Positions 7,365-16,485 of a stretch of 38,078 bases of DNA are shown here, one piece after another. The notes below the pieces were generated by a model. The model was given only the letters and a program-made list of their open reading frames with translations, was not told the origin of the DNA and made no database searches. Made by a program: the position numbers and the translations under genes. Source of the stretch: an uncultured bacterium (GTDB lineage Bacteria; Chlamydiota; Chlamydiia; Chlamydiales; VFKH01); contig CAIMEJ010000037.1 of the NCBI GenBank assembly GCA_903839985.1, positions 1 to 38,078 on the forward strand, given 5' to 3'. Each line of letters begins with the position of its first letter. Position 1 is the stretch's first letter.

Positions 7365-8407
7365 GCTGCGTAGGCTAGCTTATCCGGCCTTTTTGAGGAA
7401 AGTGTTAAGATAGCCCATAAATCTGAAAAAAAATGCTGCTGCTCGGCCGTCAAAGGATTTAATATAAGCACTACTTCTGCATTTCTTTTAAAAGCACCAA
7501 CCGTCCAATTAGCCGATCCTGTGATAAGTGTTGTATCATCAATGAGAGCAAATTTATGATGCAAAAGTCCGGGTCCCTGATTTTGAAAGAGAGCTATGCC
7601 TTCTCTATGTAATAGACGGGCTATCTTACGGCTCGTGCCATGGCAGGATTGGCGATCGAGAGCCACTTCCACAAGCACACCTCTTTTATGAGCGGCTATC
7701 ACGGCTTCTGCAAAACGAGCAGAAGTCCAGGTAAACATTGCTACTTTTAAGCTTTTTTGTGCTCCATTAATTCGGTCAATTAATGTTTTTTCAGCCTCTT
7801 TATCTTGGGGGAGCAGAAAAAGCTCAGCTGTTTGATGAGAGAAAATATAGGATCTGCCTCCGCCTTTTTCATGTAATAGAGCTTCTGCTAGGGAGGTCGA
7901 GTCCACAGCTAGAAGGATATTTTCATGAACCTGTAAGGATTCTTTAGTGAAATTAGCAGAGCCCATAAACACGAGATGATCATCAATAATGACAATTTTT
8001 CTATGCATAAGACCTTGTAATTTAGTGTCTTGACAAACTTGAGGAAAAATTTTTTCTAGTTGATAAAAGGCACTTTCATCTGCAAAAATCTGGACATCTA
8101 CACCGCGTAACTCTGCTTCTTTAAGCGTTTTAAGCAGTTGGCGATCGGAAAAATTAAAGATAGATATAGCAATGCTTTTTTGAGCACTTTTAAAGGCCTC
8201 TTGAAGCAAGAGGCCTAGATCATCCCTCTTCTGATTGCTATAGAAATAAATTTTACCTGGTTGAGAGGGGAGCTCTGGATAGGAGAGGGAAAGACCTAGG
8301 CTTAAGAGTATAAAAAGGGTAAAGAGAGCACAAATTAAAAAAATGAGACGTTGAAAGCGCATATAATCTTGAGGAATATGGAAGTTTTTGGTACTCTTTT
8401 CACTCAA
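7361..8407 (-). CDS. Phospholipase D superfamily protein (two HKD motifs) with N-terminal membrane anchor
   Basis: MHRKIVIIDD...GSANFT and LHHKFALIDD...GSANWT; hydrophobic segment LIFLICALFTLFILLSLGL. Start could be ATG 8362. A PLD near rpmB/UbiD is recalled from the Chlamydia chromosome. Confidence 0.9.
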   Translation of the reverse strand: MSEKSTKNFHIPQDYMRFQRLIFLICALFTLFILLSLGLSLSYPELPSQPGKIYFYSNQKRDDLGLLLQEAFKSAQKSIAISIFNFSDRQLLKTLKEAELRGVDVQIFADESAFYQLEKIFPQVCQDTKLQGLMHRKIVIIDDHLVFMGSANFTKESLQVHENILLAVDSTSLAEALLHEKGGGRSYIFSHQTAELFLLPQDKEAEKTLIDRINGAQKSLKVAMFTWTSARFAEAVIAAHKRGVLVEVALDRQSCHGTSRKIARLLHREGIALFQNQGPGLLHHKFALIDDTTLITGSANWTVGAFKRNAEVVLILNPLTAEQQHFFSDLWAILTLSSKRPDKLAYAA

Positions 8408-8579
8408 CCTGAGTTTTCGGATTAGTTCCTTGAGAGACTGTCAGATCACAAGGTTATTTTCAAGGAATTCCCCTAAGGCCTTATTCGATTGTAATAGAGC
8501 AGTTAGAAATTTATTGAAAATGCCTCGTGGCATCAAGGAAATAAACCTAAAATTCAGGTTATAATACTGGAGAATTACT

Positions 8580-8855
8580 ATGACAAAAGAATGCCAAGTT
8601 ACCGGTCGCCGTCCGGTTAGCGGTAGAAGCTACACAACACGTGGTATCGCTAAAAAGAAAAAAGGTATCGGTATTAAGATCACAGGCGTTAACAAACGTC
8701 GTTTTCTTCCTAATCTTTTCCAAAAACGTTATTGGTTCGAAGATGAAAACCGTTTTGTTTCGCTGAAATTATCAGCTGCTGCTATGCGCACTATCGAGAA
8801 GAATGGTCTTGCGACTATTATTCGTGAAATGAGAGCTGCTGGCCAAAAGATCTAA
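8580..8855 (+). CDS. rpmB: 50S ribosomal protein L28
   Basis: CQVTGRRP..G, RGIAKKKKGIG (chlamydial-type insert), KRRFLPNL, LKLSAAAMRTIEKNG; SD GGAG. Confidence 0.96.
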   Translation: MTKECQVTGRRPVSGRSYTTRGIAKKKKGIGIKITGVNKRRFLPNLFQKRYWFEDENRFVSLKLSAAAMRTIEKNGLATIIREMRAAGQKI

Positions 8856-8866
8856 AAGGATCTCCA

Positions 8867-10576
8867 TTGATCACAAATCTTCCCAAATTAGTGGATCTTT
8901 TCGTCAAAGAAAAAGAGATCATTTTTATAGAAGAAGAAGTAGATCCTCATCTAGAAATAGCTGAGATACATCGCAGGGTTATCGCTTCTGGCGGCCCTGC
9001 GCTTTTTTTTTCTAAAGTTAAGGGATCTTCTTTCCCGGTTGTGACCAATTTATTTGGTTCTGAAAAACGCGTTCATTTAAGTTTTGGGAAAAATCCCGAA
9101 CAATTTGTCCAGGATGTCGTTTCCTTTTTACAAAAACCTCGTTTTAATTGGTCGCTGATTAAGCAAGGGCTTAAATTAGGATTTAAGAAAAAAAGAGACT
9201 CCTTTGAGACTCTTTCGAGCTTAAAAGAGCTTCCCCTTCTCACTTCCTGGCCTGAAGATGGGGGTGCCTTCATTACATGGCCGACCATCTACACGGAGCC
9301 ACCGGGCGGTGGAACGGGTAATCTGGGTGTTTATAGGGTTCAGCGCTTTGATGATAAGACAACGGGTCTGCATTTTCAAATCGGCAAAGGCGCAGCTTTT
9401 CACTATTATGCAGCTGAAAAAGAAAACAAGGCTCTGCCTGTTGCCATTATCGTAGGAGGCCCTCCAGCTCTTATCATGGCAGGTGTTGCGCCTCTTCCTG
9501 AAAATATTCCGGAGCTGCTTTTAGCCTCGCTTTTACAGGGAGAGAAGATGTCTCTTTGCAAGCCGGAAGGATTTCCTTACCGCTTACCAGTAGAGGCGGA
9601 CTTTTTACTTTTAGGGGAAGCCCGCCCGCATGAAAGACGTCTAGAAGGGCCTTTTGGAGATCATTACGGTTATTATAGCTTAGAGCATGAGTTTCCCGTT
9701 TTTCATTGCCAAAAGATTTTACATAGAAAGGGAGCGATCTATCCCGCAACTGTTGTGGGTAAACCGCGCCAGGAAGATTACTTTCTGGGAAACTATCTCC
9801 AAGAGCTCTTAAAGCCGGTTATTCACATGGTAATGCCAGCTGTTAAAGATCTTTGGAGTTATGCAGAAACAGGTTTTCATGCACTTACAGCCGCACGTGT
9901 AGAAGAGCGTTATTACCGGGAATCAATGAGCGCGGCTTTTCGGATTTTAGGAGAAGGACAGCTCTCTCTCACCAAGTTTTTACTTCTTACGGATCAGCCC
10001 GTAAACTTGCGTAATTTTAAAGAGACCCTTCAGGCTGTGCTAGCTCGCTTTAAGCCAGAAACAGATCTCTTTATTTTTGCTAATCTCTCTCTAGATACAC
10101 TCGATTACGCCGGACCGGCTCTTAACAAAGGCTCAAGAGGAGTTATGCTCGGTCTTGGTGAACCTGTACGTGTATTACCAGTTGAATACCGCGGACCACG
10201 TAAAGCGCGCATCTTCTGCCCAGGCTGTCTTGTAATAGAGGGCGAACCGGTTGTTGATGCATCTCTTGCTGCTTGGCCACTTGTGATTTTAGTAGATGAT
10301 GCCGATAAAACAGTAGCTAGTGAGGCTAATTTTCTCTGGACTACCTTCACGCGCTTTGATCCAGCAAGTGATATTCATACCTCTTCTCAAAAAGTTATCA
10401 ATAACCACATTGTCTTTACAGGTCCAGTTCTGATTGATGCGCGTATGAAGCCCTCTTACCCCAAAGAAGTGCTTGCTGATGAAGCAACTGAAAAGCTTGT
10501 CTCTGACCGCTGGGCTTCTTACTTTCCTTCACATAATGTTTTTATGGGCGATAGCCGGCGTGCAGATGTCTACTAG
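8867..10576 (+). CDS. UbiD-family prFMN-dependent decarboxylase (likely menaquinone/futalosine-pathway MqnL-like)
   Basis: EEVDPHLEIAEIHRR, VVTNLFGS, DGGAFITWP, NLGVYRVQ, EGPFGDHYGYY, TVVGKPRQED. Pathway assignment is inference from chlamydial metabolism. Confidence 0.9.
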   Translation: MITNLPKLVDLFVKEKEIIFIEEEVDPHLEIAEIHRRVIASGGPALFFSKVKGSSFPVVTNLFGSEKRVHLSFGKNPEQFVQDVVSFLQKPRFNWSLIKQGLKLGFKKKRDSFETLSSLKELPLLTSWPEDGGAFITWPTIYTEPPGGGTGNLGVYRVQRFDDKTTGLHFQIGKGAAFHYYAAEKENKALPVAIIVGGPPALIMAGVAPLPENIPELLLASLLQGEKMSLCKPEGFPYRLPVEADFLLLGEARPHERRLEGPFGDHYGYYSLEHEFPVFHCQKILHRKGAIYPATVVGKPRQEDYFLGNYLQELLKPVIHMVMPAVKDLWSYAETGFHALTAARVEERYYRESMSAAFRILGEGQLSLTKFLLLTDQPVNLRNFKETLQAVLARFKPETDLFIFANLSLDTLDYAGPALNKGSRGVMLGLGEPVRVLPVEYRGPRKARIFCPGCLVIEGEPVVDASLAAWPLVILVDDADKTVASEANFLWTTFTRFDPASDIHTSSQKVINNHIVFTGPVLIDARMKPSYPKEVLADEATEKLVSDRWASYFPSHNVFMGDSRRADVY

Positions 10577-10910
10577 ATGCCCTTGTGAGAGCCTTTTGTC
10601 CTATGCTGAATGTTGTCAGCCCTATCACTTAGGAGCTCTGCCACCGACAGCTTTAGCGCTTATGCGCTCTCGCTACACAGCTTATGTCCTTGGTCTTGTG
10701 GACTATATTAGGCTCACAGAAACAAAATCCAGTAGCCGAGAAGAACTGATAGCCGCCTGTAAATCTATGCAGCTGCAGGGCCTTACCATTTTAGGCTCTT
10801 CGGAAGATAGCGTTCATTTTGAGGTGAAATCAGGCAAAAGTAATTGGCAGGAGCTTAGTCATTTCCTTCAAAGAGAGGGCCGCTGGCTCTATATCAGCCC
10901 TTCTTCTTAA
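10566..10910 (+). CDS. YchJ-family SEC-C motif protein
   Basis: MSTRCPCESLLSYAECCQPYH, ALMRSRYTAY, ELSHFLQREGRWLYI. Start reassigned to in-frame ATG 10566, which overlaps the end of the UbiD gene. Confidence 0.88.
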   Translation: MSTRCPCESLLSYAECCQPYHLGALPPTALALMRSRYTAYVLGLVDYIRLTETKSSSREELIAACKSMQLQGLTILGSSEDSVHFEVKSGKSNWQELSHFLQREGRWLYISPSS

Positions 10911-10915
10911 TGGTA

Positions 10916-10938
10916 TCAAGTTCTTTATAAGAGCTTGA
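10916..10938. terminator. Hairpin between convergent YchJ and phosphatase genes
   Basis: tcaagttctt-tat-aagagcttga (10-bp stem with one G-U); no strong U-tract. Confidence 0.4.
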
Positions 10939-10963
10939 GGTCAATAAACCAGATTAAATCACC

Positions 10964-12238
10964 TTAATCAAAAAGCTGATCAGGAACGGGTAATGGATCA
11001 ACTTCTATACGTGCAGGTGATTCTAATATCCTTGCAACCTCCGCCTCTAAAGCTGGGCCTTTGAATCCATTTGCTGCAGCCATAACTCTCACCAAAATTG
11101 TCTTTAATTTAGCACGTTCCTCAGCTGAAAAAGATTTAGCAAAAGAGGTGTTTGCTCTACCTAGAGCTTCTGACAGTTCTGTAAGCGCGGGAAAAGAATT
11201 CTCTTCTTTGAATTGTTTCCATAATCGAGATTTTTCTTGAGGATCTGTACAGGCCTCTATGCTTCCTAGACTTTGAAGAGCCCGTCCTGATACAGATAAA
11301 ACACTTTGCTCTAGAGCATCAAAAAATTTTATCTTATAGATAACAAGCTCTTGTTTCAGGTTCATTCCAATAGCCCGGTTAGCTTTGAGTTGATTAAGAG
11401 CTTCTGTAGCATTGAGCGGCTGGCCTTTATTATCATGATCGTATTTGGCTATAGCAGCTGCTGCAACAGTTGCTGATCTACCAACACCCTTAGCGCAATG
11501 AATCAGTACTGGAATACCGGCTTTTCTTAGATCCTGCACAACTTTTGCAAGGTTTTCCGTAGCCTCAACATCCATCGGTTTTAAATCTTCCGCTTTTACA
11601 TTCATGTATCCGATATGTTTTGCGGCCCAATCTTCTTTTGTGGCAGGCTCCCCATGCCCAAAAACAAGGGTTCTTTCTCCTGGTTCTGTAAGATCTATGA
11701 CAAACCCTGCACAACTATCTGGAAAACTATTATCTTTATCGAGTGTATTTATAGAGGCTTTTAAAGTCTCTACAGGTGCACCTTTTCCTAAACCCTTTTG
11801 AGCTTTTTCCAGAGCTTGGCGAAAAGTATCAATATCTCCTTTAAAAGGCATTCTGGAGACTAAAACACCACGGCCTACTATATCAATATCTCTATATCTA
11901 ACACCGAACCTTTCTATACCCAGTCCATTTTCTAATAGACTCCTATTAAAAAAGGTAAGACCGAAAAGAGCCGCTTTAGAGGTGCCCTTTTGAGCCAAAG
12001 AATAAAGAGCCTGTCCTACCATAGTGACTATAGCCACAATACCTATAAGGATTTTTATAGGAAGAAGGGTTAGATTAAGTAGGACCTTAAAAATGGTTCC
12101 TGCAACAGACTGGACCTTTAAATCCGTATGATTTTTATAGAGTTCTATAGATTTAGGATCTGGAGCTACCTTAGATGACGGACTATTTCCATATCTTAGT
12201 CGGAATGCACTGCCTGAAGTTGGATCTGGAATACTCAC
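10964..12238 (-). CDS. CX5R dual-specificity/PTP-family phosphatase with N-terminal hydrophobic anchor; candidate T3SS effector
   Basis: VLIHCAKGVGRSATVAAA P-loop; long hydrophobic segment VAGTIFKVLLNLTLLPIKILIGIVAIVTMVGQALYSLA; Ser/Pro-rich N-terminus; GTG start with GAGG SD. Confidence 0.85.
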   Translation of the reverse strand: MSIPDPTSGSAFRLRYGNSPSSKVAPDPKSIELYKNHTDLKVQSVAGTIFKVLLNLTLLPIKILIGIVAIVTMVGQALYSLAQKGTSKAALFGLTFFNRSLLENGLGIERFGVRYRDIDIVGRGVLVSRMPFKGDIDTFRQALEKAQKGLGKGAPVETLKASINTLDKDNSFPDSCAGFVIDLTEPGERTLVFGHGEPATKEDWAAKHIGYMNVKAEDLKPMDVEATENLAKVVQDLRKAGIPVLIHCAKGVGRSATVAAAAIAKYDHDNKGQPLNATEALNQLKANRAIGMNLKQELVIYKIKFFDALEQSVLSVSGRALQSLGSIEACTDPQEKSRLWKQFKEENSFPALTELSEALGRANTSFAKSFSAEERAKLKTILVRVMAAANGFKGPALEAEVARILESPARIEVDPLPVPDQLFD

Positions 12239-12366
12239 GAGAGCCTCATTTTAAGTGAAGAATAGTTTGCTAATGTATATATAAGTTTAATTATTTAAAC
12301 AACAGCTAAGGATCCTTTGTAAAAAGGCATTGGTCTATTTATAGGTCAACTGCTACAAATGAATCT

Positions 12367-13767
12367 ATGCAAGAAATTATTTGTGATTGCGCTATTATTG
12401 GATCAGGTCCAGCAGGTCAAAGCGCAGCTATTCAAGCCGCTAAGTTGCATAAAAAAGTAGTGGTGATTGAAAAAGAAGAAGAGGTGGGGGGCGTTTCTCT
12501 TCATTCGGGTACTATTCCCTCCAAGGCCCTTCGCGCTGCTATTATGGATCTCTCTAATTTTTGGGAGCAGAGTTTTTACGGGAGACAGTTTAATTCAAGA
12601 AATATATCTATTAATGACTTAAGCTGGCGTCTGCATAAGGTTCTTAAAGAAGAGCGAAGTATTGTTGTGCAGAAGCTGAGGAGTGCTTCCGCAGATATCA
12701 TCTTTGGGAGTGCTTCTTTTGAAGATGATCACCATCTACTTATAAAAGATTTCGCAGGCCATGTCAGCCATCGCATTACGGCCTCTATCATTATTATTGC
12801 AGCAGGATCAAGACCCCGTGACCCTGAAAATGTCCCTTTTGATGGACGAATTGTTCTGGATTCTACAGGTCTTTTAGCAATCGACCATGTGCCTAAATCC
12901 ATGATTGTTGTGGGCTCCGGGGTTATTGGCTCCGAATACGCCAGCTTTTTTGCCTTACTCGGTACGAAGGTGAGAGTTCTGGATAAAGAATCTCGTATGC
13001 TGAGTCATATAGATAGCGAAATTAGCGGTATTTTACGCACACGGCTAGAAGATTTTGGCCTCCAATTTATTGGGGGTAAAATCATCGATAAGATAGAGCA
13101 TTTAGGAGACAGTGCCAAAGTTACTTGTAAAGATGGGAGCTTTTTCGAAGCTGAAACAGTGCTTTACGCTCTTGGCCGAGTAGCAAATGTGGCAGCTCTT
13201 GATATGGCAAAGGCCGGTATTACACTGACAGAAAGAGGGCATATTCCTGTGAATGAGCTCTTTCAGACCTCTACATCACATATATACGCTGTGGGAGATG
13301 TTATTGGGGCCCCAGCGCTTGCCTCTACCAGCGCTGAACAAGGAAGACTTGCTGCACGGCAGGCTTTTGGCGCTTTCCATAATCGATTCCCTAAAGTATT
13401 CCCTGTAGGTATTTATGGTATTCCTGAAATATCTTCTATCGGCCCAAATGAGGATGAGCTGAAAGCTATGGGTCATCAATATGAGGTAGGCCGCGCCTAT
13501 TATCATGAAATAGCTAAAGGCAATATCACAGGAAGTACAACGGGTCTTTTTAAGATTCTTTTTAATCCTGAAACCCTCGAAATCCTAGGAGTGCATATTA
13601 TCGGGCGTAATGCTACAGAAGTCATTCATATTGGACAGGTGGCTATGAGCTATAATGCACATTTAGACTATTTCATTGAAAATGTCTTCAATTACCCAAC
13701 CTTCGCAGAAGGTTATAGGATTGCGGCTTTCAATGGAATTGATAAAGTAAAAAATAATTATAAATAG
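12367..13767 (+). CDS. sthA: Soluble pyridine nucleotide transhydrogenase (UdhA/SthA)
   Basis: IIGSGPAG, GTIPSKALR, VVGSGVIGSEYAS, IYAVGDVIGAPALASTS, ATEVIHIGQ, FNYPTFAEGYRIAAFNG (SthA-type C-terminus, lacking the HPTxxE of Lpd). Confidence 0.9.
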   Translation: MQEIICDCAIIGSGPAGQSAAIQAAKLHKKVVVIEKEEEVGGVSLHSGTIPSKALRAAIMDLSNFWEQSFYGRQFNSRNISINDLSWRLHKVLKEERSIVVQKLRSASADIIFGSASFEDDHHLLIKDFAGHVSHRITASIIIIAAGSRPRDPENVPFDGRIVLDSTGLLAIDHVPKSMIVVGSGVIGSEYASFFALLGTKVRVLDKESRMLSHIDSEISGILRTRLEDFGLQFIGGKIIDKIEHLGDSAKVTCKDGSFFEAETVLYALGRVANVAALDMAKAGITLTERGHIPVNELFQTSTSHIYAVGDVIGAPALASTSAEQGRLAARQAFGAFHNRFPKVFPVGIYGIPEISSIGPNEDELKAMGHQYEVGRAYYHEIAKGNITGSTTGLFKILFNPETLEILGVHIIGRNATEVIHIGQVAMSYNAHLDYFIENVFNYPTFAEGYRIAAFNGIDKVKNNYK

Positions 13768-13856
13768 AAAACTATTCCCAAACAGTAAAAGTAAGACTCC
13801 TTAAGTACAAAAGCACTAGAGAGGTCTTAATCTTTCATCCAATCAATAGATCTCAG

Positions 13857-16415
13857 TTAGAAGACGACTCTTCCTTTCTCTAGCCTTAACTCCAGGACAG
13901 CTCCAGGCAGAAGCGTGCCCTCTAATATAGCATTGGAGAGGGGGTTGACTATTTCTTGCTGTAGAAGACGTTTGAGAGGGCGAGCACCGAAAGCTGGCTC
14001 ATAGCCCTCGTGGGCGAAATGGGCAAGAAATTCTTCTGACCAAGATAGAGTAATAGAGCGGTCTTGGAGTCTTTTTTGAAGTAGACCAAGTTGAATAGCA
14101 ACGATTTTTTCCATCTCAGTTTCTTTAAGAGGAAGGAAGGGGAGAATCTCATCAATACGGTTCAGGAATTCAGGTCTGAAATGACTTTTAAGAATAGGAT
14201 CTACAAGCTTAAGAATTTCTTCTTTAGAAAGAGGCTTATGGGATTTCTCCGCTTTTTCTAAAAGTAAAGAAGAGCCAAGGTTGGAGGTCATAATAAAAAG
14301 AGCATGCTTGCAATTGACCAGGCGGCCTTTGCTATCGGTAATGCGGCCATCGTCGAAGATCTGCAGCAGAATATTAAAGACATCGCTATGGGCTTTTTCC
14401 ACTTCATCGAGTAAAACAACGGAATAGGGGCGTCTGCGCAAAGCTTCTGTCAGTTGACCACCCTCTTCATACCCCACATAGCCAGGAGGAGAGCCTACTA
14501 GCCTAGAGACGCTATGTTTTTCCATATATTCGGACATATCAAGGCGGATGATAGCATCTTCTTTGTCGAAGAGCTGCTCGGCGATAGCTTTGGCCAGCTC
14601 AGTTTTGCCCACACCTGTTGGTCCCAGGAAAAGAAAAACACCCAGAGGCCGATGGGGATCTTGCAATCCAGCACGCGAGCGGCGAATTGCTTCACTCACA
14701 GCGCGGACAGCTACTGTTTGGCCGATAACGCGCTTTTCAAGCGTCTTTTCAAGGCCAAGAAGTTTTTGCGCTTCTCCGCTTAACATCCGCGTTACAGGAA
14801 TGCCCGTCCATTTGGAGACTATTTCGGCAATCAGATGCTCGTCTACTTCTTCTTTAAGGAGTCGTCCCTCTTTATCCTGGAGTTTTAACTCAAGGACTTC
14901 CATTTCTTTGTGAAGGGCTGGAATGGTATTATAGCGCAGTTCAGCCACTTTATTGTAATCTGCATGCCTTTCAGCTTCTTCCTCTTGGAAGCGAAGCTGC
15001 TCTAAAGTATTTTTTTTATCTTTAAGAGCAACAAGAAGCTTTTTCTCCTCTTCCCAACGGGCTTTAAGGGCGGAGAGATCTTCTTTAATTTGGGCAATCA
15101 AGGAAGAAAGCTTTTCGGACTCTTCTTTAGCAAGAGGAGAGTCTTCGCGTTTTAGGCCCTCTTGTTTTACGATAAGCGTAGAGAGTTCTCTCTCTTTTTG
15201 ATCGATGGGAAGAGGGCGGCTACCCATTTGCATCCGAATAAGGCTTGCGGCCTCATCAATAAGATCTATAGCTTTATCGGGTAAAAAGCGGTCGCTGATA
15301 TAACGAGAAGAGAGAATAACTGCAGCAGTGAGGGCATCTTCTGTAATACGGACACCGTGAAAGATCTCATAACGTTCTCGAAGACCGCGTAAAATGGCAA
15401 TAGCGTCTTCTTCTGTTGGCTCTTGGACGAGGACGGGTTGGAAGCGGCGTTCTAGTGCGGGATCTTTTTCGATATACTTTTGATATTCATTGAGCGTTGT
15501 GGCGCCGATACAGTGGAGGGTGCCTCGTGCAAGAGCTGGCTTGAGTAAGTTAGCTGCGTCCATAGCTCCCTCACTTGCCCCAGCCCCAATAAGGGTATGG
15601 ACTTCATCTATAAAAAGAATGATGCGACCTTCAGCAGCCTCGATCTCTTTTAAGATACCTTTCAAACGTTCTTCAAATTCACCACGATATTTAGTTCCAG
15701 CAATAAGACTGCCCATATCAAGGGCAACTAGTTGCTTGTTCTTGAGGCTATCTGGCACATCTTCCTGGATAATACGAATAGCCAGGCCTTCTGCAATAGC
15801 CGTTTTGCCAACACCTGGCTCACCAATTAAAAGAGGATTATTTTTTGTACGCCGGCTTAAGACCTGAATAGTGCGTCTAATTTCTTCATCACGGCCTATA
15901 ACAGGGTCGAGTTTCCCTTTTTTGGCAAGGTCTGTGAGGTTTTTACAAAATTTTTCTAAGACTTTTAAGCTTGATTCGGCAGAAGGTGAATCCATTTTAT
16001 GATCTCCTCTAATAGCTTTAATTTTCTTTTCTAGAGAACTCTCCGACTCTGTTTTAAAAGAGAGAAGGGGTTCTTCTGCATGTTTAAAAAAGGCCAATAG
16101 GAAATGATCGCTGGCTGTATATTCGTCTTTCCAGGAAGAGGCTATTTTAAGAGCTTCATTTACAATAGTTTGAAGTTTTCTGCCCATTTGAGGTTCACCC
16201 TCTGACTCGAAACGGGGCTCTTTACTAATGGCTACTTTTAAGGCCTTTTTCAAGGCTTCGGGCTCTTTAAAAAAGGAAGCGAAATATCCCTCAGGATCTT
16301 CCAAAAAAGCTAGGAGAAGTAAATGAGGTGTGACTTCCGTGTGCCTTTCTTGGCGCGCCAAGGAAATAGCCTTTTCAAGTGCTGCTAAAACACTTTCCGT
16401 AAACTTTTTATCCAT
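13857..16415 (-). CDS. clpB: ATP-dependent disaggregase ClpB
   Basis: Two AAA+ modules ([16 protein letters not shown]), [11 protein letters not shown], coiled-coil M domain between NBD1 and NBD2, [21 protein letters not shown]. Confidence 0.97.
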   Translation of the reverse strand: MDKKFTESVLAALEKAISLARQERHTEVTPHLLLLAFLEDPEGYFASFFKEPEALKKALKVAISKEPRFESEGEPQMGRKLQTIVNEALKIASSWKDEYTASDHFLLAFFKHAEEPLLSFKTESESSLEKKIKAIRGDHKMDSPSAESSLKVLEKFCKNLTDLAKKGKLDPVIGRDEEIRRTIQVLSRRTKNNPLLIGEPGVGKTAIAEGLAIRIIQEDVPDSLKNKQLVALDMGSLIAGTKYRGEFEERLKGILKEIEAAEGRIILFIDEVHTLIGAGASEGAMDAANLLKPALARGTLHCIGATTLNEYQKYIEKDPALERRFQPVLVQEPTEEDAIAILRGLRERYEIFHGVRITEDALTAAVILSSRYISDRFLPDKAIDLIDEAASLIRMQMGSRPLPIDQKERELSTLIVKQEGLKREDSPLAKEESEKLSSLIAQIKEDLSALKARWEEEKKLLVALKDKKNTLEQLRFQEEEAERHADYNKVAELRYNTIPALHKEMEVLELKLQDKEGRLLKEEVDEHLIAEIVSKWTGIPVTRMLSGEAQKLLGLEKTLEKRVIGQTVAVRAVSEAIRRSRAGLQDPHRPLGVFLFLGPTGVGKTELAKAIAEQLFDKEDAIIRLDMSEYMEKHSVSRLVGSPPGYVGYEEGGQLTEALRRRPYSVVLLDEVEKAHSDVFNILLQIFDDGRITDSKGRLVNCKHALFIMTSNLGSSLLLEKAEKSHKPLSKEEILKLVDPILKSHFRPEFLNRIDEILPFLPLKETEMEKIVAIQLGLLQKRLQDRSITLSWSEEFLAHFAHEGYEPAFGARPLKRLLQQEIVNPLSNAILEGTLLPGAVLELRLEKGRVVF

Positions 16416-16422
16416 AAAAACC

Positions 16423-16451
16423 AGTATAGAATTTTAACTCAAATTTGACTA
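16423..16451 (-). promoter_or_regulatory. Putative sigma66 promoter immediately upstream of the clpB ATG
   Basis: Minus strand TAGTCA-N17-TATACT-N7-ATG; no SD. Confidence 0.45.
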
Positions 16452-16485
16452 GGGGTGTCTATCTGTAAAGCTATAAATACCCCTA

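Noticed and set aside
7361-8407. PLD protein as an anti-phage nuclease (DrmC/Nuc-like)
   Set aside because: It has a membrane anchor and two HKD motifs, sits in the usual chlamydial context near rpmB/UbiD, and has no defence genes nearby.
10473-10565. N-terminal extension of the YchJ ORF given in the ORF track
   Set aside because: Lies inside the UbiD gene; family similarity starts at ATG 10566.
13793-13830. Imperfect inverted repeat between convergent sthA and clpB
   Set aside because: Stem has several mismatches and no U-tract; too weak to call a terminator.
13857-16415. ClpB as a T6SS ClpV ATPase because it lies near secretion genes
   Set aside because: It has the ClpB coiled-coil M domain and canonical motifs; the neighbouring system is type III and no T6SS genes are present.
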